Source: an uncultured Mycoplasma sp. (lineage in GTDB: Bacteria; Bacillota_I; Bacilli_A; RF39; UBA660). From it: DNA of 64,000 nucleotides. Below are positions 46,932 through 56,669 of the stretch, one piece after another (positions within the stretch are counted from its first letter, which is position 1; each line of letters begins with the position of its first letter). Position numbers and translations under genes: made by a program. The notes beneath the pieces are model-generated. The model had not been told where the DNA came from. It made no database searches and saw only the letters and a list, made by a program, of their open reading frames with translations. The DNA lies in contig CAMNSE010000001.1 in the NCBI GenBank assembly GCA_946554525.1, positions 21,942-85,941 of the forward strand, read 5' to 3'.

Positions 46932-47635
46932 TTTCCGCCATCTACTCTTATTACTGAACTATTTATATAGCTTGCTTCTTTGCTTGCTAAAAAAAATGCA
47001 ACATTCGCTATTTCTTCTGGGTTAGCAAATCTTCCTAATAAAATTTTACTGCATTCACTCTTTTTATAATCTTCATCTAGTTCTTTATTCATATCTGTAT
47101 CTACCCATCCTGGGGCTATAGTATTTACTCTAATATTTGGAGCAAATTCTAGAGCAAAATTATGGGTTAATGAAATAACTCCAGCTTTTGATGCATCATA
47201 ATCCATACTATAAGGATAATAATCATCTATTCCATTAGTTGATGAAATATTAATAATGCTTCCCTCTTTCATAATTCTTTTGGCATGTTTTGTTACTAAA
47301 AATGTCCCAAGAAGATTTACATCTATAACATGCATAAAGCTTTCTTTTGTTTTGTCTTCTAAGGTAGTATCAATTGCTATAGCTGCGTTATTTATTAAAA
47401 TATCTAAATGGCCTTCTTCAGATTCTATTTTACTTATCATGTTTTTTATTGCTTCTTCATTTGTTACATCACACCAAATTAAACGTGCACATGAAAAAGT
47501 GGAAGCAAGCTTCTCTGCTTCTTCTTTACTCTTAATATAATTAATATATACGATATCATTATTTAATAAAAATTTTCTAGCAATAGCCGCTCCTATTCCT
47601 CGTGAAGAACCTGTAACTAATACTATACGACTCAT
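46928..47635 (-). CDS. Short-chain dehydrogenase/reductase (FabG-like)
   Basis: VLVTGSSRGIGAAIA, NNAA and YDASKAG motifs. ATG at 47635 after GGAGGAAG. Confidence 0.85.
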   Translation of the reverse strand: MSRIVLVTGSSRGIGAAIARKFLLNNDIVYINYIKSKEEAEKLASTFSCARLIWCDVTNEEAIKNMISKIESEEGHLDILINNAAIAIDTTLEDKTKESFMHVIDVNLLGTFLVTKHAKRIMKEGSIINISSTNGIDDYYPYSMDYDASKAGVISLTHNFALEFAPNIRVNTIAPGWVDTDMNKELDEDYKKSECSKILLGRFANPEEIANVAFFLASKEASYINSSVIRVDGGK

Positions 47636-47636
47636 A

Positions 47637-48962
47637 TTATCTTCCTCCAAAGCCATTATTATACTCTAAAGTACTTTTTATTTCTACAGATTTTATATCA
47701 TTTTTTAAGAAATATTTAACTTCTCGATGTCCCCTATCTTCAGCATTTTCATATCTAAATACATTTTCTAAATATTTAGGATCTCCATGGGTTGATTTAA
47801 TTTTACCATTGTCTTTTAGTTCTTCATAATATCTTACTACTAAGTCTCTTGCTTCTAAAGCGTTTTCATCACCTTTGAAGTCATTAACATCCAATTCATA
47901 ATATTTACAAGCATTTGATAATGCATTAATTCCTTGATTATAGGCAAATATACCTGTTATTAAACTGTCATACTTATTAACACAACATCTTAAATAGCCT
48001 ACTCCTATTTTTATATTCCAATCAAGTGAATTAATCATATCTTTTGTGACTGTATAAGAGTCATATTCTCCTGTAGGGCCATTTTCATTATAGACAGGAA
48101 CTGTGAGGGTATTCCCTGCAAAATTTGTTAATTGGCAAGGATTTTGTAACGTTCCCTCTGGTGTAATATTAGGTCTTTCTTGAGTAATTTGTGAACATAC
48201 TACATCATATGGAAGTCCATAGCGTGAACTATAATATTCAATTATATCTCCACAGTAATCTATTGTACTTTGAAGTTTCCCATCATCTCTCTTTTCATAA
48301 AACAACTCAATTGCCTCATCATTTGAATTTTGAGAGTTTTTAGGTTCCGAATTCAACTCATTATTTGAGCTCAAGGTAGGTTTGGTTACATCTTTTACTT
48401 GAGGCATTTCCGTTTCGGGAATATCTAAGCCTCCTTTTTCAGCAACTTTGTAACTGTCTGAAAACAGCTCGGTTGAAAAATTAGGTAGTTCTTTATCCTT
48501 ATTTCTTTTTTGTTTTTGATAATAATTCATAGTTATACCAGCTAAAGAAATTATTACTGAACCAGCTAATCCTGCTGCAAGAATCCTTTTTCCATTACTC
48601 TTACTTTTCGTTCTATTTACTCTTGGAGTATGTCCTTCTGGCAACTTACTCTTTAATTCATTTAATTCTTGTTTTTCCATGTGTAATTTTATTTTACTCA
48701 TGAATTCTAATAATAATTCAGTATGCTCAGAATTATGTTTTATAATTTCTAAAGCATCAATTTCAATATTTTGGCCATTTTCTAATGTAACTGTTAATGA
48801 TTTATCTGTTTCGCTTACACTTTTAATGTTTTGTTTATTTGCCTCTATTAATTCAGCATGTATTTCTTCACTTGTTAATTCTTCATAAACTACTCTTCCA
48901 AGATATCGATAAGCATAAAAGTGTGTTTTTTCATCTTTAAAAGTAATATATAAATTATGCAT
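47637..48962 (-). CDS. Membrane-anchored protein with C-terminal lytic-transglycosylase (SLT)-like domain
   Basis: Central TM ILAAGLAGSVIISLAGITM. The C-terminal motifs VCSQITQERPN and FAYNQG resemble the SLT E-S and AYNxG motifs. ATG at 48962 after GGAGGGG. Confidence 0.55.
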   Translation of the reverse strand: MHNLYITFKDEKTHFYAYRYLGRVVYEELTSEEIHAELIEANKQNIKSVSETDKSLTVTLENGQNIEIDALEIIKHNSEHTELLLEFMSKIKLHMEKQELNELKSKLPEGHTPRVNRTKSKSNGKRILAAGLAGSVIISLAGITMNYYQKQKRNKDKELPNFSTELFSDSYKVAEKGGLDIPETEMPQVKDVTKPTLSSNNELNSEPKNSQNSNDEAIELFYEKRDDGKLQSTIDYCGDIIEYYSSRYGLPYDVVCSQITQERPNITPEGTLQNPCQLTNFAGNTLTVPVYNENGPTGEYDSYTVTKDMINSLDWNIKIGVGYLRCCVNKYDSLITGIFAYNQGINALSNACKYYELDVNDFKGDENALEARDLVVRYYEELKDNGKIKSTHGDPKYLENVFRYENAEDRGHREVKYFLKNDIKSVEIKSTLEYNNGFGGR

Positions 48963-49194
48963 AAGCCCCTCCAAGTTTGATAGAAAGCAAATTATCAATC
49001 ATATCATATTCTTTACTTGATAAGTCATTATCAATTATATATTCATTATTTACTAACTCGTAAGAAGATGCTAAAACATCATCATCAACTAAATATACAA
49101 TGTAATCTTTTCCAAAATTATAGTCAAAATGAGTAAATAAAATACTTGCTTTTAATTTATCTCCATAAACATCAGTTAATATTACTTTAGCCAT
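48955..49194 (-). CDS. DUF1292-like small acidic protein
   Basis: 79 aa counted from the ATG at 49194 after AGGTGA. VILTDVYGDKLKASILFTHFDYNFGKDYIVYLVDDD fits the DUF1292 pattern. Confidence 0.5.
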   Translation of the reverse strand: MAKVILTDVYGDKLKASILFTHFDYNFGKDYIVYLVDDDVLASSYELVNNEYIIDNDLSSKEYDMIDNLLSIKLGGAYA

Positions 49195-49286
49195 AGTATC
49201 ACCTATTATCATTATAAAAGAAAAACATTTATATGACAACTATTTAACAAAAAAAGTGTATAAAAAAAGTCAACTAAATGTTGACT

Positions 49287-49550
49287 TTAATTGCTTTTTG
49301 TTACAATTAGCTTCATTGCCGTTTTATCTTCTCCATTAATCACAACATCATTAAATGCGGGTATCACGACTAGGTTATCTCCACTAGGTGCTACAAATCC
49401 TCTTGCGATTGCAACTCCTTTAATTGCTTGGTTTAAAGATCCCGCACCGATAGTTTGAATTTCAACACTGCCTTTTTCACGAAAGATATTAGCAATTGCC
49501 CCTGCTACTTTACTAGGATTTGACTTGCTAGATACTTTTAATATTTCCAT
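49287..49550 (-). CDS. spoVS: Stage V sporulation protein S family
   Basis: MEILKVSSKSNPSKVAGAIA...IQTIGAGSLNQAIKGVAIARGFVAPSG...AMKLIV aligns closely with B. subtilis SpoVS. Confidence 0.9.
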   Translation of the reverse strand: MEILKVSSKSNPSKVAGAIANIFREKGSVEIQTIGAGSLNQAIKGVAIARGFVAPSGDNLVVIPAFNDVVINGEDKTAMKLIVTKSN

Positions 49551-49636
49551 ATATTTAATTCCTCAACTTTCTAATTAAACATATGAAAAAAGATAAAGAT
49601 TATGCCTTATTATTTGCGCATTTATTTAACTTTATA

Positions 49637-50491
49637 TCATTTTTCCCATCTTGCATATATACCGCAAGGAAGTACTAAATTAGAATCTTTCATCGGAAGG
49701 CCTAGTTCATCACTACTAATATTTCCTTTTTGGTTTATGTTTAAATATAATAAATTCTCTAATACTGTTTTTGATAGTCCTGTAGTATAAGAATTAATGA
49801 TAAATAGTAATGCATTATCACTTAAAAGGAGACTTGCATCTTCTATTAACTGAGATAAATCAGATTCTATAGACCATACTTCATTTTTAGATCCTCTTCC
49901 AAACGATGGAGGATCCATAATGATAATATCATATTTATTTCCACGTCTAATTTCTCGTTTTACAAATTTGCGAACATCATCAACTAAAAAACGAATAGGT
50001 GCGTCTTCTAAATTATTTATGCGTACGTTTTCCTTAGCCCAATCAATCATCCCACGGGATGAGTCTACATGCACAACACTTGCTCCTTCTTTTAGTGCTG
50101 CAATTGATGCTGCCCCGGTATAAGCAAATAGATTTAATACTTTAACTTCTCTATTCTCCTTTCTTATTTTCTCACGAATTAAATTCCAATTATAAGCTTG
50201 TTCTGGAAATAAACCTGTATGTTTAAAGCCCATTAATTTTAAGTTGAATTTTAAATCATGATAACAGACAGTCCAAGATTCGGGTATTTTATGATTGATA
50301 TACCACGATCCTCCGCCAGTATTATTTCTAGAGTATGAAGCATCAGACGTCTGCCAAAGATTAGTAGACTCCTTGCTCCATATAATCTGCGGATCAGGTC
50401 TTGATAATGTGATATTTCCCCATTTTTCTAATTTCATCCCATTTGCCATATCTAAAATTTGATAATCATTAAAATCATTTACTAATTTCAT
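49637..50491 (-). CDS. Class I SAM-dependent methyltransferase (RlmI/YwbD-like catalytic domain)
   Basis: VLNLFAYTGAASIAA (motif I) and IIMDPPSFG (motif IV). Confidence 0.8.
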   Translation of the reverse strand: MKLVNDFNDYQILDMANGMKLEKWGNITLSRPDPQIIWSKESTNLWQTSDASYSRNNTGGGSWYINHKIPESWTVCYHDLKFNLKLMGFKHTGLFPEQAYNWNLIREKIRKENREVKVLNLFAYTGAASIAALKEGASVVHVDSSRGMIDWAKENVRINNLEDAPIRFLVDDVRKFVKREIRRGNKYDIIIMDPPSFGRGSKNEVWSIESDLSQLIEDASLLLSDNALLFIINSYTTGLSKTVLENLLYLNINQKGNISSDELGLPMKDSNLVLPCGIYARWEK

Positions 50492-50523
50492 TATTCATTC
50501 TCCACCTAATATTATTATACCAT

Positions 50524-50557
50524 AAAAAAAAGACATTACCAATATAATGGTAATGTT
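50524..50557 (-). terminator. Terminator after the 85-aa gene
   Basis: Minus strand ACATTACC-ATTATAT-TGGTAATGT followed by CTTTTTTTT. Confidence 0.7.
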
Positions 50558-50563
50558 TAATAT

Positions 50564-50821
50564 TTATCTTTCTAGCTTGCCCAAATTAGCATCTATGCCC
50601 ATTTCATGTCCACGAATTATTTGTTCTGCTCTTATTAATTCTTCTGGAATCATACTTCTAGAATTAATATAGAATAATTTAACAAAGTCAATTAGTCCGA
50701 TAGCTCTTATAAGTTCATCAAAAGCTAGTGTCCCCGTTTGTTCAATAGTTTCGGATTTACTATAAATCTCATTCAACAAATCATTTACATTTTTTCCAAC
50801 AATATAATCTTTTTCAAACAT
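50564..50821 (-). CDS. Hypothetical small protein
   Basis: 85-aa ORF with an AGAAAGGAAA SD and its own terminator. Confidence 0.5.
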   Translation of the reverse strand: MFEKDYIVGKNVNDLLNEIYSKSETIEQTGTLAFDELIRAIGLIDFVKLFYINSRSMIPEELIRAEQIIRGHEMGIDANLGKLER

Positions 50822-50842
50822 AATATTTCCTTTCTTTTAATT

Positions 50843-50867
50843 AAAAAGCTCCACACAGGAGCTTTTT
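50843..50867 (-). terminator. Terminator after hup
   Basis: AAAAAGCTCC-ACACA-GGAGCTTTTT. Confidence 0.8.
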
Positions 50868-50876
50868 AGTCATTCA

Positions 50877-51149
50877 TTAGTTTAAAGCGTCTTTTAATTT
50901 GCTTCCAGCTTTGAATGATGCAACAGTCTTAGCAGGAATTTTGATAGCTTCTTTTGTTAATGGGTTAATGCCTTCACGAGCAGCACGTTTCTTTGCACTG
51001 AAAGTACCAAATCCAACTAAAGTAACTTTACCTTCTTTTTTAAGACCAGTTTGAACACCTTCTAACATAGCATCTAAAGCACGTCCAGCGTCAGCTTTAG
51101 TTAAGTTTGCTTTTGCAGCAATAAATTCTACTAATTCAGCTTTTGACAT
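50877..51149 (-). CDS. hup: DNA-binding protein HU
   Basis: MSKAELVEFIAAKANLTKADAGRALDAMLEGV...GFGTFSAKKRAAREGINPLT. ATG at 51149 after GGGAGG. Confidence 0.95.
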   Translation of the reverse strand: MSKAELVEFIAAKANLTKADAGRALDAMLEGVQTGLKKEGKVTLVGFGTFSAKKRAAREGINPLTKEAIKIPAKTVASFKAGSKLKDALN

Positions 51150-51316
51150 AATATAATTTACCTCCCTTTCAAAAACTAATATCATTATTTATAAGGCCAT
51201 TTACCTTACATATTAACGATATCAAAAAGAGCCTATAAAATCAAGGGATTTTTGTGTTTTTTTGATTTTTTTGCGAAAAAATTAACGTTTTTTAGGCAAA
51301 TGTATGAAAAAAAGAG

Positions 51317-52252
51317 TTAAATTTGATAACTCTCTGGTTCTATTTCATCTTTTTTAGCAGGCAAATCTATTTTTTTAGGAAGCTCTATTTTAGTCTTTGG
51401 AGCTACTGTAACTTTAACCGGCTCATCAATATTTGTTGTTTTAACCTCACTTATAGGTGTTGTAATCTCTTCCATTGGTGTTACTTCTACATAAGAATTC
51501 TTGCTTTCTTTTTCTAAATCATCTAATTCTTTAGAAATGGATTTAGCTATTGCATCAAAATCAATTGCTGGTACATCTACTGTAGTAGCCTCTATTGGCT
51601 CTACTGGATTATAATAAGTTTCATTATTAATAGGCGTTTCTTCAATTATTGGCTTTATTTCTTCAGTTGTAGGTGCTACGTTTACAACTTCATCTGGTAT
51701 TTGAATATTAATGGGCTCAATTATTGGAGTAATAGGTGTAGAGTCTTCTACTATATTAATTGGAGCCTGTTCTACTGGAATTACTGGTTCAATAACGTCA
51801 TTTGCAGCAAAACTTGCTTGCTCAACATTGGAAATGGCTGGTTCAACAACTGGAGTTTCAATGCCTTTTTCTACAGATGGTTCTATTACATTCATATTAT
51901 CTACAAAATTTGTATCATTAGGGACAGAATGCACCATCTCTTCTTTTTCGCTTTCAGTAGGTTCATAAGATATAGGTTCAACAGGAATAACTGGTTCTAT
52001 TGGCGTAACGCTTTGCACTATTGGCGGCTCCACTGCTGGAACTTCTACTGGAGTAGCTACTGTTGTTTCACTAAAAGCATTTTTATCATTATTTACTGTA
52101 TTTAATTTGTTTGTCTCTTCTAGCTTTCTTTTCTTTTCATCTTTCTTGCCTAGAAATAGTACGATCAAAAACATAATTACTAAAAAAATAATTACGCAAA
52201 ACAAGCCCATACCAAAGTTTTCATTTGCATATAATTTATTAAGGAATTCCAT
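51317..52252 (-). CDS. Membrane-anchored low-complexity P/E/V/I-rich protein
   Basis: N-terminal TM GLFCVIIFLVIMFLIVLFL, followed by reiterated (V/I)xP(V/I)EP-type segments. Confidence 0.6.
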   Translation of the reverse strand: MEFLNKLYANENFGMGLFCVIIFLVIMFLIVLFLGKKDEKKRKLEETNKLNTVNNDKNAFSETTVATPVEVPAVEPPIVQSVTPIEPVIPVEPISYEPTESEKEEMVHSVPNDTNFVDNMNVIEPSVEKGIETPVVEPAISNVEQASFAANDVIEPVIPVEQAPINIVEDSTPITPIIEPINIQIPDEVVNVAPTTEEIKPIIEETPINNETYYNPVEPIEATTVDVPAIDFDAIAKSISKELDDLEKESKNSYVEVTPMEEITTPISEVKTTNIDEPVKVTVAPKTKIELPKKIDLPAKKDEIEPESYQI

Positions 52253-52327
52253 CCTTAAACACCACCTTTTATTCTAATATTCTTTATTCTATAAATAAGT
52301 CTAACATATATATATTCTAAAATCAAC

Positions 52328-52355
52328 AAAAAAATGCAATTTCTTTTTGCATTTT
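52328..52355 (-). terminator. Terminator after yneF
   Basis: Minus strand AAATGCAA-AAAGAAA-TTGCATTT followed by a T-run. Confidence 0.6.
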
Positions 52356-52373
52356 AATTTTTAAAAGTCTTTC

Positions 52374-52583
52374 TTACATAAAGCGATTCATTTGATTCAT
52401 TACTTGATTTATTTGCTTTTTACTAGGTTTTCTTCCCATTTGAGTCATCATTACTTCAATCATTTTCTCATTAATTGGAGGATTTTTCTTTAAATACTTT
52501 TGCATTAATACTCTAGCAACTACAAAGCCAATTACAAGTCCAAGAACAAGGCCAATTATAAACCATAATATTTGTCCCCACAT
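52374..52583 (-). CDS. yneF: UPF0154 family small membrane protein
   Basis: IIGLVLGLVIGFVVARVLMQKYLKKNPPINEKMIEVMMTQMGRKPSKKQINQVM. ATG at 52583 after AAGAGGTGA. Confidence 0.85.
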   Translation of the reverse strand: MWGQILWFIIGLVLGLVIGFVVARVLMQKYLKKNPPINEKMIEVMMTQMGRKPSKKQINQVMNQMNRFM

Positions 52584-52625
52584 AATATTCACCTCTTTTT
52601 TAATTTTACTATAAAAATATACATT

Positions 52626-53045
52626 TTACAAGCGTACAAGTTCATTTAACCAAAAATAGTCTTTATTTTTAAAATCACATACAAATAAATGATTATAGTC
52701 TTTTAAATTCATAAAGAAACTAGGTTTTAATATATTAGTTTCTAAAAGCATATATGTATTATTTACTACTATCATAGAATCTTCAGGCACATACTTATTT
52801 TGAATACGATGAACATTATGAAACTTAGAATAAAAATCATTATCTTGGCATTCTTTAAATATTAAGTTATTGACTTTACTTTTATTGATAGGATTTGCTA
52901 TAGTCTCAAATAAGTCATGTGCTATATTTGCTTCACTTTTATCAAAATTGTGAATATCTTCTAGAGTTCTATATAAATGGTAAGGATTGTTTTTCATTAA
53001 ATGATAAAAATTTGGATTAATATTAAAAATATAAAATGTACGCAT
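52626..53045 (-). CDS. Hypothetical protein, possible YneE/SirA-family member
   Basis: About 139 aa, immediately upstream of yneF as sirA (yneE) is in B. subtilis. The C-terminal ...DYFWLNELV resembles my recollection of the SirA C-terminus. The argument rests mainly on size and synteny. Confidence 0.35.
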   Translation of the reverse strand: MRTFYIFNINPNFYHLMKNNPYHLYRTLEDIHNFDKSEANIAHDLFETIANPINKSKVNNLIFKECQDNDFYSKFHNVHRIQNKYVPEDSMIVVNNTYMLLETNILKPSFFMNLKDYNHLFVCDFKNKDYFWLNELVRL

Positions 53046-53106
53046 ATTTGTAATCACCAAAACTATATTATCATACTTTGCTTTGCTTTTATGTCGATAA
53101 ATGTCG

Positions 53107-55710
53107 CTATACTCCTGTTTTTAAATGTTTTTTTCTTAGATAAGTTTTTCGCAAGAAATCTACAGGTATAACTGTTAAAGCAAGTAATAATACAATTAAG
53201 AATTCACGAGCCGTAAGTCCATATGTTCTAAATAAATCTCCTCCATTATATATTAAATATACTTGAACTATTAAAATAAATGTAATAATTATTAAGAATA
53301 TTTTATTTTTTCTTAAATTAGCAAAAATATTTAGTCTTTCACTCCTAGCATTAAAAGAGTTAAATACTCCAATAAAGATAAATAAAGCAAAATAAGCGGT
53401 CATTAAATACTTATAGTTTTCTCCTACTCTAATATATTCTCTTACAATTGGAAGTTTTAAAAATAAAATACAAAGAATTGCAGAATACAGTCCTGTAAAT
53501 AACACTTCTCCAATCATATAAGAATTTATAATTGCTTCATTTTTATCTTTAGGTGGCTCATTCATATAGCTATCAAGCGCTGGTTCAAAAGAAAAAGCTA
53601 GTCCCGCAAAAGTATCCATAATCATATTAAGCCATAGCATTTGAATAATAGTTATTGGGGTATTAATGCCAATAAAAGGTGCTACAATTGATAAAATAAG
53701 CGCACACATATTAACTGTTAGCTGATAAATAATGAATTTACGAATACTTTTAAATATAGTTCTTCCATACAAAATTGCTTTACTAATCGATAAAATATTA
53801 TCATCAAGTATTACAATATCACTTGCTTCTTTAGCTACTTCAGTACCACTTCCCATTGCAAAACCAACATTAGCTTTTTTTAGCGCTGGAGCATCATTTA
53901 CTCCATCTCCTGTCATACCAACTATTTTATCCATTTCTTCTAGTATTCTAACAAGTCTTGATTTGTCTTGTGGAAGAGCTCTTGCTACTACTTTTAAGTT
54001 ACCAATACATTTTTTTATTTCATCATCAGTTATCTTGGCTAATTCTTCACTAGTTAATACTAAGTCTTCACTATCGGTTAAAATACCAGCATCTTTTGCT
54101 ATTTGAGTTGCAGTGTCTTTGGCATCTCCTGTTATCATAATCGTTTGTACACCAGCAGATCTAATTAGTGAAACTCCTTCTTTGGCTTCGCTTCTAAGCT
54201 CATCTTTAATAGCTACAAGTCCAATTAAAACAATATGATTTAATTCTTCACTTTTTGAATATCCCAGAAGGATTACTCTGCCTCCTTTTTTCATAAGAGA
54301 ACTAGTAATATTCGTAATGCTTTGTTTATTTATTAATACTTTTTCTTCACCATTTTTATTTAAATAATAATCAACATTAGAAATTAATTTTTCAGGAGCT
54401 CCTTTAACAAATGTAAGTCCATTGTCAAGAGTTGATGTACTATATTTATTTTTGCTATCAAATGGAAGATGACTTATTATTTTTGCTTTTATATTATTAT
54501 CAGGTTTTAAAAAGTTAAGGCATGCCCGATCTGTACCATTTCCCCCAATTGCTATATTATTTTCATTAAAACTACTATCATTATTATAGAATAGCCCAAG
54601 ATAAGTCTTTTCATAATATTTTCTATTTATATTAATACTTTCAATATTTTTATAATGAATAGAATCGCCTGTAATAATCTCATTTACTTCTAATTTCCCT
54701 TTTGTAAGTGTTCCGGTTTTATCAGTTAATAAAACATTGATACTCCCAGCGGTTTCAATACCAACTAAGCGTCTTACTAATACATTATTTTTTAACATTC
54801 GCTTCATATTACTAGATAACACTAAAGTAATCATCATAGGAAGTCCTTCAGGAACTGCAACAACAATTATAGTAACACTAAGAGTTAAAGCATAAATTAA
54901 ATGATCCATCATTACTCTAAAATTAGTTAGTGTTCCCCAAATTAAAGCTCCATCAAAATGATTATCAATAACAATAACTGAAAAAAGATATGAAATTGTA
55001 ACTAATAAAGCTCCAACATAACCGATTCTACTTATTGATTTAGCAAGTCCAGATAGTCTTAATTTTAAAGGCGAAGTTGGAGCTTTTTCACTAACTTCAC
55101 GAGCAATTCCTCCATAAATTGTTTTATCCCCTACCGTTTTAACTTCCATGTAAGCTTCTCCGCTATAAACAACTGATCCTCTATATACTTTATTATTATC
55201 TTTTATATTATTAAAGTTTAGTGGTGGATATTTTTTAGTTTCTTTGGTCTCACCATTTAAACTTGATTCATCGACACTTAAGTTTCCGCTTATGATAATT
55301 CCATCGGCTGGGATTTTATCTCCACTCTGCAAAATTACTATATCTTCTACCACTACTTCTTCGATGGGAATTTCAATCTTTTGACTATTTCTTATAACTT
55401 TTACTAAAATTTTAGATGATTCTTCTTGAAGTCTTCTAAATGCTGCTTCACTACCATATTCAGAAATAGTAGAAATAAAAGATGATAAAAAAATTGCAAT
55501 TAAAATTCCTAGCGTTTCAAAATAATCAAAATCTTTAAATAAAAAAACAATCTTGATGACAAGCGCTACCAATAAAATTTTAATAATCGGATCTCCTAGA
55601 GATTCTAATAACATTCTAAAAAAGTTATTTTTGGTAGTGTTACTTATACTATTATTTCCGTATTCTTTCCTTTTATTTGCTACTTCTTCATTACTAAGAC
55701 CATGTACCAT
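53107..55710 (-). CDS. P-type (type II, Ca2+-transporting-like) cation ATPase
   Basis: DKTGTLT phosphorylation site, plus TGDGVNDAPALKKA, PEGLP and MITGD. 867 aa with 10 predicted TM regions. Confidence 0.9.
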   Translation of the reverse strand: MVHGLSNEEVANKRKEYGNNSISNTTKNNFFRMLLESLGDPIIKILLVALVIKIVFLFKDFDYFETLGILIAIFLSSFISTISEYGSEAAFRRLQEESSKILVKVIRNSQKIEIPIEEVVVEDIVILQSGDKIPADGIIISGNLSVDESSLNGETKETKKYPPLNFNNIKDNNKVYRGSVVYSGEAYMEVKTVGDKTIYGGIAREVSEKAPTSPLKLRLSGLAKSISRIGYVGALLVTISYLFSVIVIDNHFDGALIWGTLTNFRVMMDHLIYALTLSVTIIVVAVPEGLPMMITLVLSSNMKRMLKNNVLVRRLVGIETAGSINVLLTDKTGTLTKGKLEVNEIITGDSIHYKNIESININRKYYEKTYLGLFYNNDSSFNENNIAIGGNGTDRACLNFLKPDNNIKAKIISHLPFDSKNKYSTSTLDNGLTFVKGAPEKLISNVDYYLNKNGEEKVLINKQSITNITSSLMKKGGRVILLGYSKSEELNHIVLIGLVAIKDELRSEAKEGVSLIRSAGVQTIMITGDAKDTATQIAKDAGILTDSEDLVLTSEELAKITDDEIKKCIGNLKVVARALPQDKSRLVRILEEMDKIVGMTGDGVNDAPALKKANVGFAMGSGTEVAKEASDIVILDDNILSISKAILYGRTIFKSIRKFIIYQLTVNMCALILSIVAPFIGINTPITIIQMLWLNMIMDTFAGLAFSFEPALDSYMNEPPKDKNEAIINSYMIGEVLFTGLYSAILCILFLKLPIVREYIRVGENYKYLMTAYFALFIFIGVFNSFNARSERLNIFANLRKNKIFLIIITFILIVQVYLIYNGGDLFRTYGLTAREFLIVLLLALTVIPVDFLRKTYLRKKHLKTGV

Positions 55711-55760
55711 TATTTTATCCTCCTAGATAAAATATATGCTAGAATAAAAAAAGTAGCACT

Positions 55761-56588
55761 TTAAATGCTACAAGTAGTTTTACGGTACGCTTCTCTTCTC
55801 CGTTCATTTTTATAATCTAGCACAAATTTCTTTGCTTTAAGAAGCACCCTTTCTTCTATGACTTTTTTGTCTGGTGTCGAATGCTCAAGATAATACTTTG
55901 AGGCGAATTTTTCAATATATGATTTTATAAAAATTCTATAATCAACTTTATTATCTAAGACATATGCTTTAATATCATTAAAACTCGCATCTTCAAGTAA
56001 CATACATCCAAAAACATACAATATATCAGTTATTTGTTTAGGCTCATATTTTTGACCGTTAGATGTTTTATTTGAATTACATTTAGGGGCTCTATCCCCA
56101 GAGGCTTCACGTTTCTTTTGATAATCTGCTAGCGTTTTACCAAGGACTTCTATCATATAATATTTAATTAATTTCCATAGTCCTTCATAGCAGAAATGAT
56201 ATGAAGAACTAATTTCAGAAATTTTTGCTTTATCCCACCCAGCTTCCTCACATTCATCATATAATTTCTTTAAAAACGATGGTATGTCTTTATAAACAAT
56301 TTTAATATATTTTAGCAAATCTTCTATATTAGTTGTTTGCTTAATAAAAGTTGCCATTAAAAATGGAATAAAATTTTCAGGAAGACCATATTTTCTTGCA
56401 TATAACTTTTTTATTTTTTCATATTTATCTTCATTAGAACGAATAAGTTCCATTCCAAAAAAGCTGGTTATTCTTTCAAATCTTTGCTTTTCTGTATCAT
56501 TTGACATATTTTTATAGTATTCATAAGCTTCTAGAAATTCTTTTTCGCTACATTTTATTCCATTACAAAATTTATTAAAATTATTCAT
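55761..56588 (-). CDS. Hypothetical protein
   Basis: 275 aa counted from the ATG at 56588 after GGGGGAGG. The track's longer start lacks an SD. Confidence 0.5.
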   Translation of the reverse strand: MNNFNKFCNGIKCSEKEFLEAYEYYKNMSNDTEKQRFERITSFFGMELIRSNEDKYEKIKKLYARKYGLPENFIPFLMATFIKQTTNIEDLLKYIKIVYKDIPSFLKKLYDECEEAGWDKAKISEISSSYHFCYEGLWKLIKYYMIEVLGKTLADYQKKREASGDRAPKCNSNKTSNGQKYEPKQITDILYVFGCMLLEDASFNDIKAYVLDNKVDYRIFIKSYIEKFASKYYLEHSTPDKKVIEERVLLKAKKFVLDYKNERRREAYRKTTCSI

Positions 56589-56669
56589 AGTCCTCCCCCT
56601 TAAATATTTATATTTTAACATATTTTGCTCAAGAAAGCAAATTTGTGATATAATGTTCCTGTGATTTTT

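Noticed and set aside
49602-49790. 62-aa plus-strand ORF overlapping the methyltransferase 3' end
   Set aside because: It is mostly antisense to a motif-bearing methyltransferase gene, with no translation signals.
51323-52105. Three plus-strand ORFs (64, 134 and 85 aa) opposite the P/E-rich gene
   Set aside because: They are generated by the repetitive low-complexity coding sequence. Their products are Trp/Tyr/Asn/Phe-rich nonsense-like strings. The minus-strand gene has an SD and a TM leader.
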